Positions 1 to 11,459 of a DNA stretch of 64,000 bases are shown here, one piece after another. The DNA comes from Chiloscyllium plagiosum (taxonomy: Eukaryota), in assembly GCF_004010195.1 (NCBI RefSeq), contig NC_057718.1, positions 51,169,941 to 51,233,940 of the forward strand, written 5' to 3'. Numbering within the stretch: position 1 is the stretch's first letter; the number at the start of each line of letters is the position of its first letter. The notes below the pieces were generated by a model. The model was not told the origin of the DNA. It was given only the letters and a program-made list of their open reading frames with translations, and searched no databases. Made by a program: the position numbers and the translations under genes.

Positions 1-59
1 TCACAGCCCAAAAATTTAACAAGGCATGTTTTTGTACATAAACCAGCATGTGATTTGTA

Positions 60-144
60 CCAAAATCAAATTGCTGGAGAAACTCAGCCATGTGTGGCAA
101 AAATGCAGAATTAATGTTTCAGGTCCAGTAACCTTTCTTCAGAG
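60..144 (-). mobile_element. 85-bp solo PLE pseudo-LTR fragment carrying a minimal hammerhead motif
   Basis: Flanked by 10-bp TSD GTGATTTGTA (50-59, 145-154). Minus strand reads CTGAAGA-A-AGGT-TACTGG-ACCT-GAAA-CATT. Confidence 0.8.
111..144 (-). ncRNA. Minimal type I hammerhead ribozyme motif (core intact, stem I truncated)
   Basis: CTGAAGA at 142-136, stem II AGGT/ACCT, GAAA at 120-117, NUH triplet ATT. Confidence 0.65.
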
Positions 145-530
145 GTGATTTGTAATATTTGTAAGATTGCCTCCAACTTTATTTTAAATGTATCTTTATA
201 TTAATAATAAAGTGAACATAATCAGTATAGACATTTTAAGGAACTCAGTCTGTACCAGATACCTATCTCAGACAATATAGCTTAAAGTACATTCTTGTCA
301 CACAAGAAATATTGGACAACTTTCAGTTTTTCTGACAGTCAGGCAAATAATATAGTGTGTGTTTTACAACAAAAATGTAGTGTTACAACTTTATGTATTA
401 CAATGGAAATGTCACATTGCTATTCCCACCCTTTTACCTATGCAGCAGCCATGAAAATCCATTTCTCAGCAGCAGTCCAAATAGTGCTGATTTTGCACAA
501 AGCATTACCATAATTTATCAATAGTGAGTC

Positions 531-582
531 CTATTCTGGTGTGAGAATTTTTTTTATTGGGACAAAAGTTCCAGCATTGCTT
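531..582 (-). CDS. Candidate terminal coding exon of an unidentified minus-strand gene (SNAGTFVPIKKILTPE*)
   Basis: Acceptor ttttgctgcag, phase 2 matching the 3011-3109 candidate exon, TAG at 533-531. No homology recognised. Confidence 0.2.
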
Positions 583-1288
583 CTGCAGCAAAATATTAAG
601 CATGCTCTTATAAATGTTAACACAGAGAGCAAATCATTTGATCAAAATTCCTTAGTCCATTATATTGACATAGAATTCAGACTTACACCTGGATTTAACA
701 TACTACACCAGGAACATTTTGATTCAACCTTATGCTGAATATTCTATGATTATTAGACCAAATGGTATTGCTATATACCATATTTTATGCTTAATTGAGG
801 TTCCAAATTGCAGGAACCAGATTATGAGCATATGTATGAATGTGCTCAACAGAGTCCTAGAATTGATCACATCCATGTACTGAAGCAGCCCTGAGCAAGA
901 GTGTGCCACCAGGATGGATGCTTTCAGTCTGTATATTAAAATTGGGTGTCATCCCCCAGAAAGTGCACTAGCCATTAAATCAATTGACATACTAATCCAC
1001 TTAATAAGCTTTGAACTTCAATGTGGTTGCAAAGATCTGCTATTGGACAGAAGGCAAATCAGCTTTTATGAACCAAACTGCTGCAGAGCTGGTTAATTAG
1101 AGGCAGCGTTACTAAATACAGTGAACCACAAGTATCCTGGATCTATGGCTACCTTTCAACAGCATTTTGAAGTTTCTGGTGAATCAGGAGTAGAATTAAA
1201 TAAAACAATACCACTATTTTTCACAACTAATTTATGGTGTCATACTCCACACCAGTCTTCTGTGTACATTTTAATTAAGGAAATCTGA

Positions 1289-2093
1289 TCAAAGTTTGGG
1301 AGAAGATTTGTAGCTCGGGTGCTCGTTGTTGTGGTTCTGTTCGCCGAGCTGGGAATTTGTGTTGCAGACGTTCGTCCCCTGTCTAGGTGACATCCCCAGT
1401 GCTTGGGAGCCTCCTGTGAAGCACTTCTGTAATAATAGTATTGTCCCAGTCGAATTCATGTTGCTTGTCATCTGTGTGTGTGGCTACTAAGGATAGCTAC
1501 TAAGGATAGTCCGAACTGACAGCCAGACTACTGAGACCACTAGGACGCATAACAGCACACAAACCAACATCCACTCTCAGACAACAACTCACCAGGATGA
1601 AGGACCCGATAACCAGCATGAGCAAAACCAATGTATTGTACAAAATCCCATGCAAGGACTGTACAAAACACTACATAGGACAAACAGGAAGACAGCTAAC
1701 GATCCACATCCATGAACACCAACTAGCCACGAAACGACACAACCAGCTATCCTTAGTAGCCACACACACAGATGACAAGCAACATGAATTTGACTGGGAC
1801 AACACTATTATTATAGGACAAGCCAAACAGAGAACAGCCAGAGAATTCCTAGAGGTATGGTACTCATCCACAGATTCAATCAATAAGCACATCGATCTGG
1901 ACCCAATATACCGACCACTGCAGCGGACAGCTGGAACTGACAACCGGAAGTGGCAGATTCAAACCATTACAAATGCCGGAGGAAAGATCACAGAAGTGCT
2001 TCACAGGAGGCTCCCAAGCACTGAGGATGTCACCTAGACAGGGGACGAAATGTCTGCAACACAAATTTCCAGCTCGGCGAACAGAATCACAAC
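1289..2093 (+). mobile_element. 5'-truncated Penelope/Poseidon-like element with an inverted 5' segment; GIY-YIG endonuclease fragment
   Basis: 12-bp TSD AAGGAAATCTGA (1277-1288, 2094-2105). ORF 1597-2037 contains VLYKIPCKDC..YIGQTGR..HEHQ..REFLE. About 1326-1428 is an inverted copy of about 1990-2093. Confidence 0.92.
2017..2057 (+). ncRNA. Minimal type I hammerhead ribozyme motif in the PLE pseudo-LTR
   Basis: GCA-CTGAGGA-T-GTCACCT-AGAC-AGGGGAC-GAAA-TGTC-TGC: stem I GCA/TGC, stem II with one mismatch, GTC cleavage triplet. Confidence 0.75.
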
Positions 2094-3010
2094 AAGGAAA
2101 TCTGAATTGTGAAACAATATACCATGTGACTGACCTGAGCCTTTGCAGGTTTCACATAACTTCAATTATTTTTCATTTTTATATCATTGTCAATAATAAT
2201 CCCATTGTTGTCAGCATTTTTAATTGCTTTTCTGAAATGTGATTTCCTCTCCTGTGGCCCCAGATTTGTTCATCCTTCTATTTAAGTTCCTTATTTTCTA
2301 ATGGAAGAAGCTCATGGAAAGTATAGAGCATTCTCTTTACAAAAAATGAAGTGTAGAGCCCTACTTTAGGGTGGATATGCTAATGAAACAAGGCCAAGAC
2401 CATTTGCTACGTACAGTCCGGCAGAAACAAGCTCGTTGGAGGTTGCGTACATAGTTACCCATAATTGCAAATTGTGGTTTGAGCTGTTATAAGAGTTTCA
2501 AGTAAAGCAAATGCATGCAACTTGATCTGTTGTCCAAAAATAACACACGAAACACAACACTGTTGGCTACCACAAATGCCACATGCAGGGCCTAACAGTA
2601 TACATGCCAAGAAGGCCATGGGATAACAGGCTCCCAGCAGTCTGTAAGCAAAACCTTGCAGCTAATCAGATAGCTATTCTTTGAACTGAAAAAATACTTA
2701 GATGTGGTATGTTAGGTAATAGATATCAGACAAATTCCACAGCACAAAGAGGAGCGTTTAGATAAATGGACACTGTTCAGACATCACTCAATAAACTCAA
2801 TTGATTTATACATTGTGCTAAGAATGCTTTTGTGACTAAGAAGAACATTAGCTGCAAAGCAAAAGATGGGCACTCATGATATGAAGCAAGTGCAGAAAAA
2901 AGATTTGGTGAATGTGGTTTCTACCTTTTATATTTGACAATTGTACATTACAAGGTACAACACAGCTAGTTCATCAAAAGTATATTGTATCAGTGTCTAG
3001 TTACTCATAC

Positions 3011-3109
3011 TCTGGGTGCACTAATATTTTGGGAAATGCTTCAACTTGTAAACAATCTCCTGATGACCCAGTTAATGCACTGTGTTTCTCCTTCTTCATG
3101 GTTACACCT
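3011..3109 (-). CDS. Candidate internal exon (GVTMKKEKHSALTGSSGDCLQVEAFPKILVHP)
   Basis: Acceptor ttgttctgcaaag, donor gtatga, 99 nt, open in phase 2/2. Confidence 0.22.
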
Positions 3110-3269
3110 CTTTGCAGAACAAATTTAATAAGCAACTATCAGTGACTGTGGAGGCATTGTACTGGTTTGTAGAATCATTGTACAGGTTTTCCCATAATAC
3201 GTCACCTTAGCTGTCCAGAGATATGAAGCAGTTTTCAATTGTGATCCTTATATTTGCACAAACTTAACA

Positions 3270-4490
3270 AGGATTCCCCAGGAGTCTCAACCGGGTCTAA
3301 CCCATCTCCTGCACTTTTCCCTCAACACCTCTTTTCTAACCTGCAACAATGATAGGGTTCCCCTTGTTGTTACCTACCACCCCACCAGCATCCACATCCA
3401 GAAGATCATCAGCAGCCATTTCCACCACCTCCAGTGAGATGCCACCACCAGACACATACTCCCCTCCCCTCTCTTGTCCGTCTTGCACAGGGACTGTTCC
3501 CTTTGGGACACATTGGTCCACTCTTCCTTCACTCCCAACACACCCTCACATCTTCCCCTGTAATCACCAAAGGTGTAACACCTGCCCATTTACCTCCTCA
3601 GTATCCAAAGACCCAAACATACCTTCCAGGTGAAGTAGCACTTTACCTGCATGACACACAATCTAATCTACTGCATTCGCCACTCACAATATGGTCTCCC
3701 CTACATTAGGGAAATGAATCATAGACTGGGTGACCAATTTGCAGAACAGCTATGTTCTGCCCACAAAAAAGACCCTGAGCTTCCAATTGCCTGCTACTTT
3801 AACATGCTTTAGCATTTCTGATAAAGAACTTATGCTCGAAACTTAATTCTCCTGCTCCTCGGATGCTGCCTGACCAGCTGAGCATTTCCAGCATCGCACT
3901 CTTCAACTCCGATCTCTAGCATCAACAGTGCTTACTTTCTTCCACTTTAACACACCACCCTGTTCCCTGGCCAACATCTCTGTCTCAGGCTTGCTGCAGT
4001 ATTCCAGTGAACCTCAGCTCAAGCTGGAAGAGCAACCCCTCATTTTCCACTTGGGGACCCTGCAGCCCTCCGGACTCAACATCGAGTTCAATAATTTTAG
4101 GACCTGAACTCCCTCATGTCGCAGCCCCTTACCACACACACCAGGCTTGTTATCACATAGTTTGCCATTACACACTACCTATTGTCAGCCAATAACAGTC
4201 TCCATTAACAGCTATTCACCCTTCCAGTCACATCATTATCGACTCCTTTGTCTGTCCAATTGTCCTTCTCTCTCTCTGCGTTCCATCCCTGCTTACTCCT
4301 TATCCTCTCCCCCACCCTATGTTCTGCACATAAACCGACATTTTCCTAACTATCATTAATTTCGGAGGAAGGATCACTGGATCCAAAGTGTTAATTTTGA
4401 TTTCTCTTCACAGATGCTGCTAGATCTGCTGAGCTTTTCCAGCAATCTGGTTTTTTTTTCGTTTCTGATTTACAGCATCCACAGTTCTTT
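3270..4490 (+). mobile_element. Degenerate Neptune-like PLE 3' fragment (Zn-knuckle, GIY-YIG, pseudo-LTR)
   Basis: CNHQRCNTC and a frameshifted IYCIR..YGLPYI motif resemble the 32.6-35.3 kb element. Decayed HHR at about 4357-4397 (stem GGATC-ACTG-GATCC). Confidence 0.85.
3805..3943 (+). mobile_element. 139-bp solo HHR/pseudo-LTR insertion nested in the older PLE
   Basis: TSD ACTTTAACA (3796-3804, 3944-3952). CTGATAA..GAAAC followed by the same tail as 43627-43714. Confidence 0.75.
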
Positions 4491-5425
4491 TTAACTGTTC
4501 ACGCTGATGTCATTTCAATATTAAGGGCTGAACAGAATAGCCTTTGTTGCCCTGTTGCCATTCCTCTATTCTTTACTCTTCCCCTCTTTATTCCACTTCA
4601 AATAATGGTGACATCGATGTTTGGTACTAAATAAGAGCATTGAGAGGACTTCCATGCAAGCAGCCTTGTGAGATTAATCAAGTCCCAAGGAAATATCTAC
4701 AAGTAGAAGCTGGACAAAAAAAATACAATATAACAGTTATTTTCACCATTAACAACTCAGTCTTGCAATGACTTTTGCAAAACAATGCTCTGAATGAGTG
4801 AGTTGGACACCATAGAAATCAATGGAAAATCTTAGATAAAAGCTCTAAGAAATTATCAAAGGATTTATCGAAAATATACACTATACAATAGACAGTTATT
4901 CCTTTGATTTCCATTGTCCCTTGAGTTTTTAGGGCTGATTGATATCACCATCCTGCAAATGGAGACTTGATGTCAAGTGGAATCACTACCACCTCACTTA
5001 TGGAGTTCAGCTCTTTTGTCCATGTTTGAACAAAGGCTATAATGAGGTTAGGAGCTGAAAGAATAGCCCTGAAAGAATAGTGAAGCAATATGGCCAATAT
5101 GTTAAACAAGCACAACTGGACTAATACACAATATAACAGTTCTGTTAAAAACTAGCGCTAAAACAATTGCTCAGGCCTGAATTTTCACTCTGTCGGGAGC
5201 ACAGAATTGGGAAAACTCCTGGCTCTGCAAACCTGGCTCAGGCAAAAACAAAATCCTTGGGATGTCCCATTTTATGCTGAGGGGAAGAGGTTGGGTTCTA
5301 TGTGAGTTGTGACGGGTAATCCTAGAAACAGAGTGGAGGCTGCCTGGTATGCAGGCAGTCTGGGCGGAAGATCTATCTCAGTGAATACAATAAAAACTCA
5401 CTTCATGAGAAGAATATACACTCAC

Positions 5426-5501
5426 AAACTGAAACCAGCAGTGATTTCTATGATCATGACTGCAGTAAATGTGCATACCTGGCCATTTTCCAGAAGACTT
5501 C
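5426..5501 (-). CDS. Candidate internal exon (G)SLLENGQVCTFTAVMIIEITAGFS
   Basis: Acceptor caattttag, strong donor gtgagt, 76 nt, phase 1/2. Confidence 0.28.
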
Positions 5502-5643
5502 CTAAAATTGACAACATCTCAAAATCTTAAAATAATAGTTTTAATAGTTAGAGCAACACTGTAGAACTAGGCACTACCAGCTCTGTATTAAATTATGGAA
5601 GCTAATTGAGAGATATTAAACTCAATAGGAAGGCATATATTAC

Positions 5644-5759
5644 CATATTTTATGACAATATTTTCTGAAGTTATTATCCCAGTGTAGTAACGATTGAAAC
5701 TATTATCTCCGCTATGTAGCATATTGTGGAAGCTTTTGTGCTGCGCTCTGGTTTCAAAT
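5644..5759 (-). CDS. Candidate internal exon FETRAQHKSFHNMLHSGDNSFNRYYTGIITSENIVIKY
   Basis: Lies within ORF 5588-5782(-). Acceptor at 5760 (alternative 5765), donor gtaata. Joins 5426-5501 in frame over a 142-nt intron. Confidence 0.28.
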
Positions 5760-6149
5760 CTGATCTTTATAAGACAGAGCATTGAAATTTCTTTGAAAGT
5801 TCTATGCTTTCCTCCTCACAATTTACAATTCTCAAGGGTGCAACATCTGTAGATGACACAGCATTGTACCAAAGAGACTCCACAATGAGTTTCCCATAAA
5901 CTCACTTTTTTTCTTTTGTAAAATTACACTTAAAAATAAAGCTATCTGTTGTGTGTATGTGTATATGGTATGCTTATTGTTTCCTTCTTAATTTCAAAAT
6001 TTTAACAAAATGCCAGTACTCACTGACTGTCCCTACTTCCCTTAAAGGTGGTGGTGAGATGTCTTCTTGAAGTCCATGTACTTAAGAGGGTAGCAGTGGG
6101 AAGTGATTGAGGAGAATGCTGAGAGAAATTTTATCTTTTCTTCCAGCAG

Positions 6150-7215
6150 CTTATAGACGGAGGCAAGCTCAATTGGGAGCAGCCATTTTGGACAGGGGCT
6201 GTGAGGTTGAAATGCTGCTATTTACTTGCAAGTGTGGGCTTTGGTGAGCATCAGGCTTCAATGAGGAGGGTTAGCAGCATTAAGGTATGTCTTTTCTTTT
6301 TCTTTTAATCCATTTGTTAGTACAGGAGTAGTAATGGTGGTTAGTGGAGTGATTTGCTCCTCCTGTGAGGTGTGGGAGATCAGAGAGAAATCAAATGACC
6401 CTGACAACAATGTCAGCAGGAAGCATGTCCACCTGCAGCTCCTCTCAGACTGCATGAATCAGTTGGAGCAGCAATGCAAGATGAAAGCATATAGTAAATG
6501 ACAGGACCCTTAGGAGTATTGATACTTTCTTGGGTGCAAATCCATAGCTCCCTAAAAGTGGCAACACAAATGAATGGGATGGTAAAGGATGCATATGTCA
6601 TGCTTGCCTCCATTGGTGGCGGGAATTGAGTATACAAATTGGCAAATCATGTTACAGATGTATAAAACTTTAGTTCAGACACATTTAATGTATAGTTTCT
6701 GCAGCCACACTACACGAAGGATATGGAGGCTTTGGAGAGGGTGCAAACGAGATTTACCAGGATGTTTTTTGGATTGGAGTGTATTAGCTTTAAGGAGAGA
6801 TTGGGCAAATTTGGAATGACTTCACGAAAGCATTGGAGGCTGAGGGGCAACCTGATGCATATAAAACTATGAAGGCATAGATAAGGTGGACAGGCAGAGC
6901 CTTTTTCCCAGATGAAAATGTCAAATTCTAGAGGGCATAAGTTTAAGGTTAGAGAGGGAAAGTTTCTAAAGGAGATGTGTGAGGCATCTTTTTTGTTACA
7001 CAGAGGATAGGAGTTGCCTGGAAGGGCCTGCCAGAGAGGTTGTAGAATCAGACAGAGTAGTAACATTTACAAAGGCATTTAGACAGACACATGAACGGAC
7101 AAGGAATAGAAGGATACAGACCATATGCAGGCAACTGGGATTAGTTTAGAATGGCATCATGGTTAGCACAGATATAGTGGGCTCAAAGGCCTGTTCCAGG
7201 CCTACACTGTTCTAT
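6150..7215 (+). mobile_element. Internally deleted CR1 LINE (ORF1 zinc-finger start fused to the ORF2 3' end)
   Basis: About 6334-6480 encodes MVVSGVICSSCEVWEIRE..LQLLSDCMNQLEQQ (CR1 ORF1-like). About 6490-7215 matches CR1 ORF2 C-terminus (GIEY..MLQMYKTLV) and 3' UTR. Confidence 0.75.
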
Positions 7216-7450
7216 TTCTACTGTAGGTAAACCCACAATGCCGGTCAGGAGGGGGTTTCCGGATTTTGATTCTGTCACACTGAAGAAATGGTGATATATT
7301 CATAGGCAAGATAATAAGTGGCTTGGAGGGGAGCTTGCAAATGGCGGCGTTCCAAAGTATCTCTTGCCCATGTCTTGTGAGATGGAAGTAATAGTGGGTT
7401 TGGAAGGTGCTGTCTAAGGAGTGTTGGTGCACTTCTATGGTGCATCTTAC
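7215..7450 (-). mobile_element. Old L2/DeuSINE-type 3' fragment
   Basis: Resembles the reverse complement of the repeats at 10290-10600 and 52040-52770. Confidence 0.55.
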
Positions 7451-8500
7451 ATGTCTATTAACAACATCAGCTGTGATCATAATATACTTGTCATGTTGAT
7501 GGAGACTTTGGTTGACATGGAATCAGCCTGTCTCCAGGTTGTTTGCATTACATCTTTGAAACTAAGAAAAAATCATCTGAGCAAGAATATTTTTCTTTTA
7601 TTTGTAAGATAAATGATTTTTTACAGAAGATAATTTTAATGAAGAACAAAAGTTATGAAAAGAAAAGTGCTTTATTTTTATCAAAGGCAAGTTGCCGGAT
7701 GGAACCATTTATAGTCTAATAGGATTAGATATGATAGTTAAAATACAAAATGAGCTCAGAAGATAACTGCATTGAATGTTACTGTTCCTAATAATGTTAG
7801 TGGGTATCCCTTTTTCAATCATAAACACAAATCACAGAACTGAACTTATAAAATGATAAATAGATACAAATTTCTTTTCAGAAAATGAAAAGAGGCAAAC
7901 TTTGTTTTGCTTTCTGATCTTATTTTTCCTAGTGGCATTAATATTCTAATTATATCTTTTAAAAAAGCCATTAGGTTAATAGGACTAATAATTCAGAGGT
8001 TGGTGAAAAACATGCCCAACACTTTCTGGACAGATTTACCATTTGTTATATGCTGCAAGTTGCAGCTGTTCTGTTAGTTTAAATTGAAGCTTGAAAGATA
8101 ATTGGCTTTTCTAGCCAGGGTAACTGCTTTTTTTTCCTTCCACTGCTACACAAGTAGTGGCCTCATCAAAATGCTAGACATTTCAATTTGACAGACATTG
8201 AGAATCAGCTGTGACAATGTATACTTGCCTGGGCATTTGATTGTTTGAGAAATTGCACTGACTCATATCACCATGCCTCACAAAAGAAAAAAAAACACCA
8301 AAACTATGAACAGCAAAGCAGAGTCTCTGATATGAAGTCTGCACCCAGAAGACAAAATCGCAGATGTGCAGTATTATTTTGGTAATTTTCATCATACATG
8401 TTAAATTCAACATCTTGTTCTTGGTTTCAGCACCAAGGATAGCACCACTGCACTGAATGTACACTACTGTATTCTGTTCAGTGACACTGCATCACATCAT

Positions 8501-10169
8501 GGCCTATATTTTCTAATGGCAGACAGAAGTTATTCCTGTATAGATCAGAGTTGGCAAAGGGATATGGCATAATCCCCATCATCGCAGACTCAGCAGGAAT
8601 ATCCCAGAACATTGAAATTTCCAGAGGTTAATTCCTTTATGCCTGGAAACCTCCAAGTCTCAAGTGAAATTGGAGAATTCAGAGGGTTCTGAAGAAATTA
8701 AGAGAAATAATTTCTCAACAAAGTTTAGACTATTAAACACATGGTCTAATTCCTGAGGTAATTATCCAGCTGATGCCAAACATATGTCACCATCATCCCA
8801 CCTCCCCAATCCAACTGTACCTCCCGTAGACCAGTGACACCACCACCTCGCCCAATTCCCAACCCTAGGCATAGACCTTTCATCCCGATACCCAGCCCAC
8901 AGCAATGTAATCCACTCTGGACTCAATGGTAACACCCCACTCTCCTCCCATTCCCACTTTGGGACACATCCCCCTCTTCCCTGGCTCCGGATCCAATCCA
9001 CCTTCCCCACTCTGATCTTTCTGATTAGTGCATTACAAAGTCTCAAACAATGAAGTTCTTGAATAGATTAGATTAGATTAGATTAGATTACTTACAGTGT
9101 GGAAACAGGCCCTTCGACCCAACAAGTCCACACCGACCCGCCGAAGCGCAACCCACCCATACCCCTACATTTACCCCTTTTAACGTAACACTACGGGCAA
9201 TTTAGCATTGCCAATTCACCTAACCCACACATCTTTGTGACTGTGGGAGGAAACCGGAGCACCCGGAGGAAACCCACGCAGACACGGGGAGAAGGTGCAA
9301 ACTCCACACAGTCAGTCGCCTGAGTCGGGAATTGAACCCGGGTCTCTGGCGCTGTGAGGCAGCAGCGCTAACCACTGTGCCACCGTGCCGCCGTGGGTTT
9401 ATGGAACTGAATTTAATCGTCTTATGGGGTTACCCATTCCACTCACCAAAAAGTTGCTGGCAACCCCCTCACAGCCATTTATAGAAGTCAGGGTGGGATT
9501 ACTTATCAATTAAGCAGCTAATCTGCTGCTGTCAGAATCAGATGCCTCAGTTAGCCTCGAGGGGGAAGGCGTTGTTTTTAATCAAGGACATAGAAGTGAT
9601 CAGGACAAAACTTTCTGCTGACTTGCTCAAGACTGAGAAAAGCAGGAAATGCCACAGAATCCTGCAATTTGGGAATTCCCCCACTCCCTGTGGTGGTCTA
9701 ATGCTCACAGAGCAAGGAGCACTAGAGTGGTGGGGCTATTATGGAAGGTGGTAATGAGGGTGGGGAATGGAATGGCTACTAATCCTGTGAGGGGACCAGG
9801 GGCTTGAGCAAGGGAAAGGCTCAACGCTTTATAGGTCTAGGCAGTTTGGAAGCTTCCAGCAGCGAGCAGAGTGGTGACAGATTGGAGCCAGTGGAGCTGG
9901 GGGTATCACAGCTTGGCAAGTGTGAGAAATCAGATATTCACAATCCTCAGGAAACCCAGAGGACTACAGCTGAAGAGTGAAGCCCGAATGGTTATGCGGT
10001 TCACAATCACAATTGTATTTTACATTGCAATATAACATGCCTCCTCGGGTTACTCATGATCTTTTGGCTTCAGTTAAAACTATAAATGGGAAGTGGGTTT
10101 GGGTCAGTTAACCCATTTCTGATATTTTTCCCCCCAATTGAAAACCATCTGTTTTTTGAAAATTCAGCC
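8501..10169. mobile_element. Probable old non-autonomous TIR (Harbinger-like) element with an HE1 SINE inserted
   Basis: Imperfect termini GGCCTATATTTTC / GAAAATTCAGCC. Similar GGCTGAATTTT-like ends recur near 5175, 57605 and 63040. Confidence 0.35.
9064..9392 (-). mobile_element. HE1-type V-SINE (tRNA-derived)
   Basis: tRNA head GGCGGCACGGTGGCACAGTGGTTAGC with box B GGTTCAATTCC, V-domain GGGTTTCCTCCGGGTGCTCCGGTTTCCTCCCAC, (TAATC)n tail. Confidence 0.93.
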
Positions 10170-10289
10170 ATCAGTCTCTGAATACCTTTGTACAGTGAGG
10201 CAACATAATTACATTTTGCGATGTTTCCTCAATTTTAAGTACTTCCTGACAAAAGGAAAATGCTTGTAACAACAGAAGACCCATGATGG

Positions 10290-10600
10290 TCATAATGCCA
10301 CCAAAACTCACCAAAGATCTTTCAACAACAGCACCTTCTAGAAACATGACCTCTACCACCAAGAAGGAAAATGGCTGCAGATAGCTGGGAGCACAATTCC
10401 CATCCAAGTGACAAGTAAACCTGAGTTGGAACTATATTGCACTTCCTTCAAGTGTTAGGTCAAAATCCTAGAATTCTGTAACAGCATTCTGGGTGTATGG
10501 ACAGCTTATGGACTGTCATGTCTTGGGAAGATGATTGATCATGTTTTTATGTGCAATTTGGCATGGACAATATAAGCGGACTTAGTCAGCAAGACTCACA
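10290..10600 (+). mobile_element. Old L2/DeuSINE-type 3' fragment
   Basis: Same motif order as 24740-24810/25250-25470 and 52510-52770. Confidence 0.55.
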
Positions 10601-11459
10601 AACTATGAAACAATACAAAATGAAAACCTAGAGCATCAAAAATATCAGAATACTGAATGCAACTTTTGACTATTAACACTTTAAACAGCATTGCTTGCAC
10701 TACTATCACACACACCCCTCCCCCCACATTTTTTACACACACCATCAGGGAATTCTGTGAAATTTCTGCAAGGGGAATTAAAAATGGCATATTTTTAGCA
10801 GAAACTGAATGAATAAATTTCTCAACTGAGTAATGAGATAAGTCAGAATAATTCAAAGCTTTGAGTCAATAATTGAAAATTTATAAAATTTGTAAGATGA
10901 AACAAACCAAAATTATGATCTTATTGGTAACATTTTGAATCTAGTATTGATTCAAGTTTCATTCAATTAAATTTTCCTCTCACTGGGAAGTCTTATTTTT
11001 CTAGTCTCCCGTTAGAAAATGTTTTTTGTGCATTTCTATTATAGAGTGATATGACCCATACAGGCTTCCATATTTATTTGCAAAATCCTAATTCAAACAA
11101 CACCAAGCTAGAGAAATTCTTTCTTCCATTCACTTTAATTACCAAGATATTGGCATAACATTTGTCAATCTGGGATGTCTCTTGCCAGATAATGAGTTAC
11201 AGAACTGCAACTCAATCAAGGATCTATGGTTAACAGAAACCATAGATTCAATTATAACCTTCAGCCTACTACCAGCTACAGGCCATTGTGTGTGAGAAAA
11301 ATCAAATAGATGATGAGGGAGCAGGTACTGTAATAATTGGATGAATAGAGAATAAAGAAAGAGAAGATATTGGAAGGGATACCTGTTCTTGGCCTTAATT
11401 GGCAGACAGAACTAGAAAAAAAACACTCTTGTTCAAAAAAACAGATAAAAGCTGGATAA

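Noticed and set aside
8229..8276. Candidate exon HGDMSQCNFSNNQMP
   Set aside because: Needs both a rare GAG acceptor and a GC donor; too weak to list as a feature.
9064..9090. (GATTA)n array
   Set aside because: SINE 3' tail microsatellite; no spacers, so not CRISPR-like.
9280..9392. tRNA-like sequence with A and B boxes (also in the other HE1 copies)
   Set aside because: SINE head, contiguous with the V-domain and tail; not a tRNA gene.
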